Sequence record: PZ452584.1
Source: a phage
Direction: 5' to 3' (one strand)
Length of the DNA: 64,000 nucleotides
Part shown: positions 1 through 12,816 of the stretch, piece after piece
How positions within the stretch are numbered: the first letter of the stretch is position 1
How the letters are laid out: the number at the start of each line of letters is the position of its first letter
Notes under the pieces: generated by a model
Seen by the model: only the letters and a program-made list of their open reading frames with translations
What the model was told of the DNA's origin: nothing
Database searches by the model: none
Translations under genes and position numbers: made by a program

Positions 1-1836
<1,836 letters not shown>

Positions 1837-1864
1837 TATTAAAGCATATTAAAGAGGATTAAAA

Positions 1865-3844
1865 ATGACTTTATTATCTCCGGGCATTGAGCTCAAAGAA
1901 ACTACGGTTCAAAGCACCGTGGTTAATAACTCTACTGGTACAGCAGCTTTGGCCGGTAAATTCCAGTGGGGTCCTGCTTTTCAGATTAAACAGGTTACAA
2001 ATGAAGTAGATTTAGTTAATACTTTTGGTCAACCAACCGCTGAAACTGCTGACTATTTTATGTCTGCGATGAATTTCTTGCAGTACGGAAATGACTTACG
2101 AGTAGTTCGTGCTGTTGATAGAGATACCGCTAAAAACTCATCTCCGATTGCCGGTAATATTGAATACACAATTTCTACCCCAGGTAGTAACTACGCAGTT
2201 GGAGATAAAATCACGGTCAAATATGTTTCAGATGCTATTGAAACTGAAGGTAAAATTACTGAAGTAGACACAGATGGAAAAATTAAGAAAATTAATATTC
2301 CTACTGCAAAAATTATCGCTAAAGCTAAAGAAGTCGGTGAATATCCAACACTAGGTTCTAACTGGACTGCGGAAATTTCTTCATCTTCCTCTGGTTTAGC
2401 TGCAGTAATAACCCTTGGAAAAATTATTACTGATTCTGGTATTTTATTAGCTGAAATTGAAAATGCTGAAGCTGCTATGACAGCGGTTGACTTTCAAGCA
2501 AATCTTAAAAAATACGGAATTCCAGGAGTAGTAGCGCTTTATCCAGGCGAATTAGGCGATAAAATTGAAATTGAAATCGTATCTAAAGCTGACTATGCAA
2601 AAGGAGCTTCTGCATTACTCCCAATTTATCCAGGTGGTGGTACTCGTGCATCTACTGCCAAAGCAGTGTTTGGATATGGACCACAAACTGATTCACAGTA
2701 TGCTATTATAGTTCGTCGTAATGATGCTATTGTTCAAAGCGTTGTTCTTTCAACTAAGCGCGGTGAAAAAGATATTTACGATAGTAACATCTATATCGAT
2801 GACTTTTTCGCAAAAGGCGGCTCAGAATATATTTTTGCAACTGCACAAAACTGGCCAGAAGGCTTCTCTGGAATTTTAACTCTGTCTGGTGGATTATCAT
2901 CAAATGCTGAAGTAACAGCAGGAGATTTGATGGAAGCTTGGGACTTCTTTGCTGACCGTGAATCTGTTGACGTTCAACTGTTTATTGCAGGTTCTTGTGC
3001 CGGTGAATCTTTAGAAACAGCATCTACTGTCCAAAAACACGTCGTTTCAATTGGGGATGCTCGCCAGGATTGCTTAGTATTGTGCTCACCACCGCGTGAA
3101 ACTGTAGTTGGAATTCCTGTAACTCGTGCTGTTGATAACTTAGTCAATTGGAGAACTGCGGCAGGTTCATACACTGATAATAACTTTAATATCAGTTCAA
3201 CCTACGCAGCAATCGACGGTAACTACAAATATCAGTATGACAAATATAATGATGTGAATCGTTGGGTTCCATTAGCAGCTGATATTGCTGGTTTATGTGC
3301 AAGAACTGATAACGTATCTCAGACTTGGATGTCACCAGCTGGTTATAATCGTGGCCAGATTCTTAACGTTATTAAACTTGCTATTGAAACTCGCCAAGCT
3401 CAGCGCGACCGTTTATACCAAGAAGCTATCAACCCGGTAACCGGTACAGGTGGTGATGGTTACGTATTGTATGGTGATAAAACAGCTACTTCTGTTCCTT
3501 CTCCATTTGATCGTATTAACGTTCGTCGTCTGTTTAATATGTTGAAAACGAACATAGGACGTAGTTCAAAATATCGTTTGTTCGAATTAAACAATGCGTT
3601 TACTCGTTCATCATTCCGCACAGAAACTGCCCAATACTTACAGGGAATTAAAGCTCTCGGTGGAATTTATGAATATCGTGTAGTTTGCGATACAACAAAT
3701 AACACTCCGTCAGTAATTGATAGAAATGAGTTTGTTGCAACATTCTACATCCAACCTGCGCGCAGTATAAATTATATTACTTTGAATTTCGTCGCAACTG
3801 CTACTGGTGCAGATTTCGATGAGTTAACTGGTCTTGCAGGTTAA
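1865..3844 (+). CDS. 18: Contractile tail sheath protein
   Basis: 659 aa, same length as T4 gp18; position after 17; late promoter upstream. Confidence 0.96.
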   Translation: MTLLSPGIELKETTVQSTVVNNSTGTAALAGKFQWGPAFQIKQVTNEVDLVNTFGQPTAETADYFMSAMNFLQYGNDLRVVRAVDRDTAKNSSPIAGNIEYTISTPGSNYAVGDKITVKYVSDAIETEGKITEVDTDGKIKKINIPTAKIIAKAKEVGEYPTLGSNWTAEISSSSSGLAAVITLGKIITDSGILLAEIENAEAAMTAVDFQANLKKYGIPGVVALYPGELGDKIEIEIVSKADYAKGASALLPIYPGGGTRASTAKAVFGYGPQTDSQYAIIVRRNDAIVQSVVLSTKRGEKDIYDSNIYIDDFFAKGGSEYIFATAQNWPEGFSGILTLSGGLSSNAEVTAGDLMEAWDFFADRESVDVQLFIAGSCAGESLETASTVQKHVVSIGDARQDCLVLCSPPRETVVGIPVTRAVDNLVNWRTAAGSYTDNNFNISSTYAAIDGNYKYQYDKYNDVNRWVPLAADIAGLCARTDNVSQTWMSPAGYNRGQILNVIKLAIETRQAQRDRLYQEAINPVTGTGGDGYVLYGDKTATSVPSPFDRINVRRLFNMLKTNIGRSSKYRLFELNNAFTRSSFRTETAQYLQGIKALGGIYEYRVVCDTTNNTPSVIDRNEFVATFYIQPARSINYITLNFVATATGADFDELTGLAG

Positions 3845-3860
3845 TACGGTGCATTCTAAA

Positions 3861-3878
3861 GGCCTGTTTCGGCAGGCC
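3861..3878 (+). terminator. Hairpin after gene 18
   Basis: GGCCTG-TTTCGG-CAGGCC. Confidence 0.6.
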
Positions 3879-3879
3879 A

Positions 3880-3887
3880 TATAAATA
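3880..3887 (+). promoter_or_regulatory. Late promoter TATAAATA upstream of gene 19 (distal)
   Basis: Exact motif after hairpin. Confidence 0.65.
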
Positions 3888-3938
3888 CACTATATCCTTA
3901 ATTCTTTAATTCTATATGCCCTAGGTTAAACATAGGGA

Positions 3939-3946
3939 TATAAATA
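3939..3946 (+). promoter_or_regulatory. Late promoter TATAAATA upstream of gene 19 (proximal)
   Basis: Exact motif 15 nt before ATG. Confidence 0.7.
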
Positions 3947-3960
3947 CTACAGAGGCTAAT

Positions 3961-4452
3961 ATGTTTGTAGATGATGTAACACGAGCGTTTGAATCTGGTG
4001 ATTTTGCTCGACCTAACTTATTCCAAGTAGAAATTTCTTATCTTGGACAAAATTTTACGTTTCAATGTAAAGCCACTGCTTTACCAGCTGGTATTGTAGA
4101 AAAAATTCCAGTCGGATTTATGAACCGTAAAATTAACGTAGCAGGCGATCGTACATTCGATGACTGGACTGTTACAGTAATGAACGATGAAGCTCATGAT
4201 GCTCGCCAGAAGTTCGTTGATTGGCAAAGCATTGCTGCGGGGCAAGGAAACGAAATTACTGGTGGAAAACCTGCAGAGTATAAAAAGAGCGCTATCGTTC
4301 GTCAATATGCTCGTGACGCTAAAACAGTAACAAAAGAAATTGAAATTAAAGGTCTGTGGCCTACTAACGTGGGTGAACTTCAATTGGATTGGGATTCAAA
4401 CAACGAAATCCAAACATTTGAAGTAACTCTTGCTCTCGATTATTGGGAATAA
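3961..4452 (+). CDS. 19: Tail tube protein
   Basis: 163 aa, T4 gp19-like; two TATAAATA motifs upstream. Confidence 0.95.
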   Translation: MFVDDVTRAFESGDFARPNLFQVEISYLGQNFTFQCKATALPAGIVEKIPVGFMNRKINVAGDRTFDDWTVTVMNDEAHDARQKFVDWQSIAAGQGNEITGGKPAEYKKSAIVRQYARDAKTVTKEIEIKGLWPTNVGELQLDWDSNNEIQTFEVTLALDYWE

Positions 4453-4459
4453 AATGAAT

Positions 4460-4473
4460 GGGGAGAAATCCCC
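4460..4473 (+). terminator. GAAA-loop hairpin after gene 19
   Basis: GGGGA-GAAA-TCCCC. Confidence 0.5.
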
Positions 4474-4484
4474 ATCCTGCTTAA

Positions 4485-6109
<1,625 letters not shown>

Positions 6110-6110
<1 letters not shown>

Positions 6111-6349
6111 TGGAAGGTTTAATTGAAGCTATTAAATCAAACGACCTCGTAGCCGCTCGTAAATTATTTGCTGAAGCCATGGCTGCAAGAACGATTGATT
6201 TAATTAAAGAAGAAAAAATCGCTATCGCTCGTAATTTCTTAATCGAAGGTGAAGAACCTGAAGACGAGGATGAAGATGATGACGAAGATAGCGATGATAA
6301 AGACGACAAAAAAGACAAAGACTCTGACGAAGACGAGGATGATGAATAA
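6110..6349 (+). CDS. 67: Prohead core protein with acidic C-terminal tail
   Basis: 79 aa; D/E-rich C-terminus; position between 20 and 68 as in T4. Confidence 0.85.
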
Positions 6350-6774
6350 TGCTTCTGATCCCTGAAACTCATGAATTAGTTCTCGAGAATGTCGAAGCAC
6401 TTATTCCTGAAGCACAGGGTCGCTTTGACGAATTGTCTTCTGCTTTAAATAAAGACGATATAAATACAATTGTCGAGAATATGCTTGATGATGAAACTGA
6501 TTTAGCGGTTGCATTAGCTTCTATTAATGAAAATATGCCGTTAAATGAATTCATCGTTAAACATGTTTCTGCCCGTGGTGAAATTACTCGCACTAAAGAT
6601 CGCAAAACCCGCGAACGAAATGCATTTCAAACCACTGGGTTGTCTAAAGCAAAACGTAGACAAATTGCTCGTAAAGCTACCAAAACGAAGATTGCCAATC
6701 CAGCAGGTCAATCTCGTGCTCAGCGTAAGCGTAAAAAAGCTCTTAAACGCCGTAAAGCATTAGGATTAAGCTAA
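6349..6774 (+). CDS. 68: Prohead core protein with basic C-terminal tail
   Basis: 141 aa; K/R-rich C-terminus; T4 gene order. Confidence 0.85.
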
Positions 6775-7412
6775 TGAATGAACCCCAATTACTAATTGAA
6801 ACTTGGGGTCAACCTGGCGAAATTATTGATGGCGTACCAATGCTTGAATCTCATGATGGAAAAGACTTAGGTTTAAAACCGGGTTTATACATCGAAGGAA
6901 TATTCATGCAAGCGGAAGTCGTCAATAGAAATAAACGTCTTTATCCAAAACGTATATTAGAAAAAGCGGTAAAAGACTATATTAATGAGCAAGTTTTAAC
7001 TAAACAAGCTCTCGGAGAATTAAATCATCCTCCACGCGCTAATGTTGACCCGATGCAAGCCGCTATCATTATAGAAGATATGTGGTGGAAAGGAAATGAC
7101 GTATACGGACGAGCTCGTGTTATTGAAGGTGACCACGGTCCTGGAGATAAATTAGCAGCTAATATTCGTGCCGGATGGATTCCAGGAGTTTCTTCTCGTG
7201 GATTAGGTTCATTGACTGACACAAATAAAGGTTATCGTATCGTAAACGAAGGATTCAAATTAACTGTAGGTGTTGATGCAGTATGGGGTCCAAGTGCTCC
7301 AGATGCATGGGTAACTCCTAAGGAAATTACCGAATCACAGACGGCGGAAGCCGATACAAGTGCCGATGACGCCTATATGGCTCTCGCAGAGGCCATGAAA
7401 AAAGCGTTATAA
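6774..7412 (+). CDS. 21: Prohead core protease
   Basis: 212 aa, T4 gp21 length and position. Confidence 0.94.
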   Translation: MNEPQLLIETWGQPGEIIDGVPMLESHDGKDLGLKPGLYIEGIFMQAEVVNRNKRLYPKRILEKAVKDYINEQVLTKQALGELNHPPRANVDPMQAAIIIEDMWWKGNDVYGRARVIEGDHGPGDKLAANIRAGWIPGVSSRGLGSLTDTNKGYRIVNEGFKLTVGVDAVWGPSAPDAWVTPKEITESQTAEADTSADDAYMALAEAMKKAL

Positions 7413-7415
7413 ATA
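7408..7415 (+). promoter_or_regulatory. Late promoter TATAAATA for gene 22
   Basis: Exact motif. Confidence 0.7.
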
Positions 7416-7442
7416 TTATTATCTAAACAACAGGACTACAAA

Positions 7443-8252
7443 ATGCTTAAAGAACAACTGATTGCCGAAGCGCAGAAAATTGATGCTTCCGTTGCTCTTG
7501 ATAGTATTTTCGAATCAGTTAATATTTCTCCGGAAGCAAAAGAAACTTTCGGCACTGTATTCGAAGCTACCGTCAAGCAGCACGCCGTTAAATTAGCTGA
7601 ATCTCATATCGCTAAAATTGCTGAAAAAGCAGAAGAAGAAGTAGAAAAAAATAAAGAAGAAGCCGAAGAAAAAGCTGAGAAGAAAATCGCTGAGCAAGCT
7701 TCTAAATTCATTGACCATCTTGCAAAAGAATGGCTCGCTGAAAATAAATTAGCAGTTGATAAAGGCATCAAAGCCGAACTGTTTGAATCCATGCTTGGTG
7801 GATTAAAAGAGCTCTTTGTTGAACACAACGTTGTTGTTCCAGAAGAATCAGTTGATGTTGTAGCTGAAATGGAAGAAGAGCTGCAAGAACATAAAGAAGA
7901 ATCAGCTCGTCTGTTCGAAGAACTCAATATGCGCGACGCATATATCAATTATGTGCAGCGTGAAGTGGCATTGAGCGAAAGTACTAAAGATCTGACTGAG
8001 TCTCAAAAAGAAAAAGTCTCTGCTCTGGTCGAAGGTATGGATTATTCAGATGAATTCTCAAATAAATTGAGTGCCATCGTAGAAATGGTGAAGAAGTCTA
8101 ATAAAGATGAAAGCACTATTACTGAGGGTATAAATACTCCTGATACTGAAGCAGCCGGACTGAATTTCGTCACTGAAGCTGTAGAAGATAAAGCTGCACA
8201 GGGTGCAGAAGATATTGTAAGTGTATATGCGAAAGTCGCATCTCGTTTCTAA
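7443..8252 (+). CDS. 22: Prohead scaffolding core protein
   Basis: 269 aa, E/K-rich coiled-coil composition; late promoter upstream. Confidence 0.93.
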   Translation: MLKEQLIAEAQKIDASVALDSIFESVNISPEAKETFGTVFEATVKQHAVKLAESHIAKIAEKAEEEVEKNKEEAEEKAEKKIAEQASKFIDHLAKEWLAENKLAVDKGIKAELFESMLGGLKELFVEHNVVVPEESVDVVAEMEEELQEHKEESARLFEELNMRDAYINYVQREVALSESTKDLTESQKEKVSALVEGMDYSDEFSNKLSAIVEMVKKSNKDESTITEGINTPDTEAAGLNFVTEAVEDKAAQGAEDIVSVYAKVASRF

Positions 8253-8270
8253 TTTTAAAGGTTAACACAA

Positions 8271-9836
8271 ATGACTATCAAAACTAAAGCTGAACTTTTG
8301 AACAAATGGAAGCCATTACTGGAAGGTGAAGGTTTACCGGAAATTGCTAATAGCAAACAAGCGATTATCGCTAAAATCTTTGAAAACCAGGAAAAAGATT
8401 TCCAGACAGCTCCGGAATATAAAGACGAAAAAATTGCTCAGGCATTCGGTTCTTTCTTAACAGAAGCTGAAATCGGCGGTGACCACGGTTACAATGCTAC
8501 TAACATTGCTGCAGGTCAGACTTCTGGCGCAGTAACTCAGATTGGCCCAGCTGTTATGGGTATGGTACGTCGTGCTATTCCTAACCTGATTGCTTTCGAT
8601 ATTTGTGGTGTTCAGCCGATGAACAGCCCGACTGGCCAGGTATTCGCACTGCGCGCAGTATACGGTAAAGACCCAATCGCTTCCGATGCTAAAGAAGCAT
8701 TCCACCCAATGTATGGTCCAGATGCAATGTTCTCTGGTCAGGGTGCTGCTAAGAAATTCCCAGCTCTGGCTGCTAGCACACAAACCACAGTAGGTGATAT
8801 CTATACTCACTTCTTCCAGGAAACTGGTACTGTATATCTGCAAGCTTCTGTTCAAGTAACAATCGATGCTGGCGCGACTGATGCTGCTAAATTAGATGCT
8901 GAAATTAAGAAACAAATGGAAGCTGGTGCACTGGTAGAAATCGCTGAAGGTATGGCTACTTCTATCGCTGAACTTCAGGAAGGTTTCAACGGTTCTACCG
9001 ATAACCCATGGAATGAAATGGGCTTCCGTATCGATAAACAAGTTATCGAAGCTAAATCTCGTCAGCTGAAAGCTGCTTACTCTATCGAATTAGCACAAGA
9101 CCTCCGCGCTGTTCACGGTATGGATGCTGATGCTGAACTGTCTGGTATTCTGGCTACCGAAATCATGCTGGAAATCAACCGTGAAGTTGTTGATTGGATT
9201 AACTACTCCGCTCAGGTTGGTAAATCTGGTATGACCCTGACTCCGGGTTCTAAAGCTGGTGTATTCGACTTCCAGGATCCGATTGATATTCGTGGTGCTC
9301 GCTGGGCGGGTGAATCCTTTAAAGCTCTGTTGTTCCAGATTGACAAAGAAGCAGTTGAAATTGCTCGTCAGACCGGTCGTGGTGAAGGTAACTTCATTAT
9401 CGCTTCCCGTAACGTAGTTAACGTTCTGGCTTCAGTTGATACCGGCATTTCTTATGCTGCACAGGGTCTGGCTACCGGCTTTAACACTGATACTACCAAG
9501 TCAGTATTTGCTGGTGTTCTGGGTGGTAAATACCGTGTATATATCGACCAGTATGCTAAACAGGATTATTTCACTGTAGGTTATAAAGGTCCGAATGAAA
9601 TGGATGCTGGTATTTACTATGCTCCATATGTAGCTCTGACTCCGCTGCGTGGTTCCGATCCGAAGAACTTCCAACCGGTAATGGGGTTCAAAACTCGTTA
9701 CGGTATCGGTATCAACCCATTTGCAGAATCCGCTGCTCAGGCTCCGGCTTCTCGCATCCAGAGCGGTATGCCTTCTATTCTGAATAGCCTTGGTAAAAAC
9801 GCTTACTTCCGCCGTGTATATGTTAAAGGTATCTAA
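8271..9836 (+). CDS. 23: Major capsid protein
   Basis: 521 aa; high-expression codon usage; UUCG hairpin terminator downstream. Confidence 0.97.
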   Translation: MTIKTKAELLNKWKPLLEGEGLPEIANSKQAIIAKIFENQEKDFQTAPEYKDEKIAQAFGSFLTEAEIGGDHGYNATNIAAGQTSGAVTQIGPAVMGMVRRAIPNLIAFDICGVQPMNSPTGQVFALRAVYGKDPIASDAKEAFHPMYGPDAMFSGQGAAKKFPALAASTQTTVGDIYTHFFQETGTVYLQASVQVTIDAGATDAAKLDAEIKKQMEAGALVEIAEGMATSIAELQEGFNGSTDNPWNEMGFRIDKQVIEAKSRQLKAAYSIELAQDLRAVHGMDADAELSGILATEIMLEINREVVDWINYSAQVGKSGMTLTPGSKAGVFDFQDPIDIRGARWAGESFKALLFQIDKEAVEIARQTGRGEGNFIIASRNVVNVLASVDTGISYAAQGLATGFNTDTTKSVFAGVLGGKYRVYIDQYAKQDYFTVGYKGPNEMDAGIYYAPYVALTPLRGSDPKNFQPVMGFKTRYGIGINPFAESAAQAPASRIQSGMPSILNSLGKNAYFRRVYVKGI

Positions 9837-9851
9837 TCTTTGACGATTTAA

Positions 9852-9867
9852 GGGACCTTCGGGTCCC
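9852..9867 (+). terminator. UUCG-loop hairpin after gene 23
   Basis: GGGACC-TTCG-GGTCCC then T-rich. Confidence 0.7.
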
Positions 9868-9884
9868 TTTAGTTGTTTTTATGG

Positions 9885-9892
9885 TATAAATA
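9885..9892 (+). promoter_or_regulatory. Late promoter TATAAATA for gene 24
   Basis: Exact motif. Confidence 0.75.
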
Positions 9893-9919
9893 AATCATAT
9901 AAACCAAAAGGAAAGCGCA

Positions 9920-11203
9920 ATGGCTAAAATCAACGAACTTCTGCGCGAATCAACCACAACGAATAGCAACTCAATCGGTCGCCCAAATCTCGTTGCTTTG
10001 ACTCGCGCTACCACTAAATTAATATATTCTGACATTGTAGCAACGCAAAGAACTAATCAACCTGTTGCTGCTTTTTATGGTATCAAATACCTTAACCCAG
10101 ACAACGAATTTACATTTAAAACTGGTGCTACTTATGCTGGCGAAGCTGGATATGTAGACCGAGAACAAATCACAGAATTAACAGAAGAGTCTAAATTAAC
10201 TCTCAATAAAGGCGATTTATTCAAATATAATAATATCGTTTATAAAGTATTAGAAGATACACCATTTGCTGATATTGAAGAAAGCGACTTAGAGTTAGCT
10301 CTTCAGATTGCAATTGTTCTTTTAAAGGTTCGTCTATTTTCTGACGCAGCGTCAACAAGCAAATTTGAAAGCTCTGATAGTGAAATTGCGGATGCTAGAT
10401 TCCAGATTAATAAATGGCAAACCGCAGTTAAATCTCGTAAACTTAAAACTGGCATCACAGTTGAATTAGCACAAGATTTAGAAGCAAATGGATTCGATGC
10501 TCCTAATTTCTTGGAAGATTTGCTTGCAACTGAAATGGCAGATGAAATCAATAAAGATATTCTGCAGTCTTTGATTACAGTGTCAAAACGCTATAAAGTT
10601 ACAGGAATTACTGATAGTGGATTCATCGATTTGAGTTATGCATCTGCACCTGAAGCTGGTCGTTCATTATACCGAATGGTATGTGAAATGGTTTCGCATA
10701 TCCAAAAAGAATCAACTTATACAGCAACGTTCTGTGTTGCTTCAGCTCGTGCTGCTGCGATTCTTGCTGCATCAGGTTGGTTAAAACATAAACCAGAAGA
10801 TGATAAATATCTTTCACAAAATGCCTACGGGTTCTTAGCTAATGGTTTACCGCTTTATTGCGATACTAATAGCCCATTAGATTATGTAATCGTTGGTGTA
10901 GTAGAAAATATCGGTGAAAAAGAAATTGTTGGATCAATTTTCTATGCTCCGTATACAGAAGGTCTTGACTTAGATGACCCTGAACATGTAGGTGCATTTA
11001 AAGTTGTAGTTGACCCAGAAAGTTTGCAGCCATCTATCGGTTTATTAGTTAGATATGCTTTATCTGCAAATCCTTACACTGTAGCAAAAGATGAAAAAGA
11101 AGCAAGAATAATTGATGGTGGAGACATGGATAAAATGGCGGGTCGTTCAGATTTGTCTGTTTTATTAGGTGTTAAGCTACCAAAAATTATCATTGATGAA
11201 TAA
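9920..11203 (+). CDS. 24: Capsid vertex protein (paralogue of major capsid protein)
   Basis: 427 aa; late promoter at 9885; T4 order. Confidence 0.94.
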   Translation: MAKINELLRESTTTNSNSIGRPNLVALTRATTKLIYSDIVATQRTNQPVAAFYGIKYLNPDNEFTFKTGATYAGEAGYVDREQITELTEESKLTLNKGDLFKYNNIVYKVLEDTPFADIEESDLELALQIAIVLLKVRLFSDAASTSKFESSDSEIADARFQINKWQTAVKSRKLKTGITVELAQDLEANGFDAPNFLEDLLATEMADEINKDILQSLITVSKRYKVTGITDSGFIDLSYASAPEAGRSLYRMVCEMVSHIQKESTYTATFCVASARAAAILAASGWLKHKPEDDKYLSQNAYGFLANGLPLYCDTNSPLDYVIVGVVENIGEKEIVGSIFYAPYTEGLDLDDPEHVGAFKVVVDPESLQPSIGLLVRYALSANPYTVAKDEKEARIIDGGDMDKMAGRSDLSVLLGVKLPKIIIDE

Positions 11204-11209
11204 AACAAA

Positions 11210-11225
11210 GGGACCTTTCGGTCCC
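11210..11225. terminator. Bidirectional hairpin between 24 and rnlB
   Basis: GGGACC-TTTC-GGTCCC flanked by A- and T-runs. Confidence 0.7.
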
Positions 11226-11232
11226 TTTTTAT

Positions 11233-12237
11233 TTAACTTACTAATTCAATCCAAGCCGGACGAAGTACATCTTGTACCATTTTAACTAATTCCTTCTTAA
11301 CCAAAGAAGGATTATCCGCTTGAGTTAGAGTAATATCTTCACGAGAAGTTTCTTCCAAAATATCTTGAACAGTTAACCCCATCACCTTTCCAAAATCTTT
11401 TGGACCAATTTCGCCAATTTTAGAAATAACGTTATTTACTCGGTTCAGTGTAACGTAACAAGCTAAAATTCCCACCAATTTGTTATCAGCTTCTGATAGT
11501 TCAACTTTAGCTTTAATAGGCTTATCAGACTTTTTCTTTTCACTAAATTTAGAGTTCTTGCATTTAATTGCTACACGATTGCCATTAGGCATCCAAGAAG
11601 GATAACAAGGTTTCAATACATATCCTTCAGCGGTAAATACTTCGCCTTTTGCTTCGGCATTCCAAACGCATTTATTTGCATCAACTAATCCAGCATGGTC
11701 TACTGTAAAATTATAATCTTGGACGACAGAATCTAAATCATTTGGCAATTTAATAAGCTCTTCAAATTTACCGCGACCTAAAAGCGGAGCCATTTTAAAT
11801 TTAAATGTATTACAGAATGATTCCATCATATAATCATCGACATAAGTCACATCACCACTTTCTGTAGTAACAATAATGTCAAATACATAAAAATCTTTAT
11901 CGCCATAATCAACATTCTTCTGAATGCCAGGTCCAGCGAATTCGCCAAAAACTTGATAAGATACAACCGCTGAAGTTTCCATAATATCTTGCACTGCTTC
12001 GATAGAATCAGCGTAATTCTTTAGAATAATTTCATACCCAAAGAAATCTTCAGCAGGAAGAATAGGACCAGTGCGTTTAGCGCAAGTTACTTTATCACGC
12101 TCAATAATCAATGAGAAATTTGTACCATGAATCTTTTCACGAGCTACCCATTCGCCGCCAGTCAATCCCAAGCTATAAAGTTTTTCAATAAATTTAGAGT
12201 TGTAATGATTTTCAAGACTGCTATACTTTTTAAACAT
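11233..12237 (-). CDS. rnlB: RNA ligase 2
   Basis: 334 aa; nucleotidyltransferase lysine motif EKIHGTN; matches T4 Rnl2 from memory. Confidence 0.92.
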   Translation of the reverse strand: MFKKYSSLENHYNSKFIEKLYSLGLTGGEWVAREKIHGTNFSLIIERDKVTCAKRTGPILPAEDFFGYEIILKNYADSIEAVQDIMETSAVVSYQVFGEFAGPGIQKNVDYGDKDFYVFDIIVTTESGDVTYVDDYMMESFCNTFKFKMAPLLGRGKFEELIKLPNDLDSVVQDYNFTVDHAGLVDANKCVWNAEAKGEVFTAEGYVLKPCYPSWMPNGNRVAIKCKNSKFSEKKKSDKPIKAKVELSEADNKLVGILACYVTLNRVNNVISKIGEIGPKDFGKVMGLTVQDILEETSREDITLTQADNPSLVKKELVKMVQDVLRPAWIELVS

Positions 12238-12246
12238 AATTAATCC

Positions 12247-12525
12247 TCAGAATGTAATTTCTAACCAATCACCATCACGCTGATCACTATTAACTTTAAA
12301 ATTAAATCCTTCTTTTCTCAGCCAATCACCAATTTCTTCAGTAATCAATTTATCGCGAGCAGTACAATAATAACTAAAATATGTTTTACCTTGTTCGGCT
12401 GCTTTATTAGCAAGTTCTGAAAAATCTTTAATAAAACACTCTAGCTTAAACTGTTTACTTTTTAATGCTTTTTCACGTAATTGATTAGCAAAAGATTCAT
12501 TTTCATAAAGATCATACTGTTCCAT
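12247..12525 (-). CDS. Hypothetical protein (position of T4 24.2)
   Basis: 92 aa ORF; synteny only. Confidence 0.6.
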   Translation of the reverse strand: MEQYDLYENESFANQLREKALKSKQFKLECFIKDFSELANKAAEQGKTYFSYYCTARDKLITEEIGDWLRKEGFNFKVNSDQRDGDWLEITF

Positions 12526-12727
12526 TTTTCACCTTTTTATTAATATGTCTTTTTCTATAGACAACTTTTTCTCGAGTTTCAAATTTATTCTTAGCAGTCA
12601 TAGCTCGAGCCCATAATACAGCCACTTCTTTCGCCTGTAAGTTTAATTCACGAGCAATTTCAATGAATGACTTTCCAGACTCATGAAGAGTAAACACCAC
12701 AACCTCAGTTCTCATAATCAATCTCAT
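12512..12727 (-). CDS. Hypothetical small protein, possible helix-turn-helix (position of T4 24.3)
   Basis: 71 aa ORF; synteny; true start may be internal. Confidence 0.5.
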   Translation of the reverse strand: MRLIMRTEVVVFTLHESGKSFIEIARELNLQAKEVAVLWARAMTAKNKFETREKVVYRKRHINKKVKNGTV

Positions 12728-12796
12728 GTTATCGAGTTGGTGCCATTATATACATCATTTTCTGATTGTGTTTTGTGTGCTTTCAAAATGAAGAAA

Positions 12797-12810
12797 GGGG
12801 CCGAAGCCCC
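12797..12810 (-). terminator. Hairpin downstream of hoc
   Basis: GGGGC-CGAA-GCCCC. Confidence 0.6.
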
Positions 12811-12816
12811 TTATGA

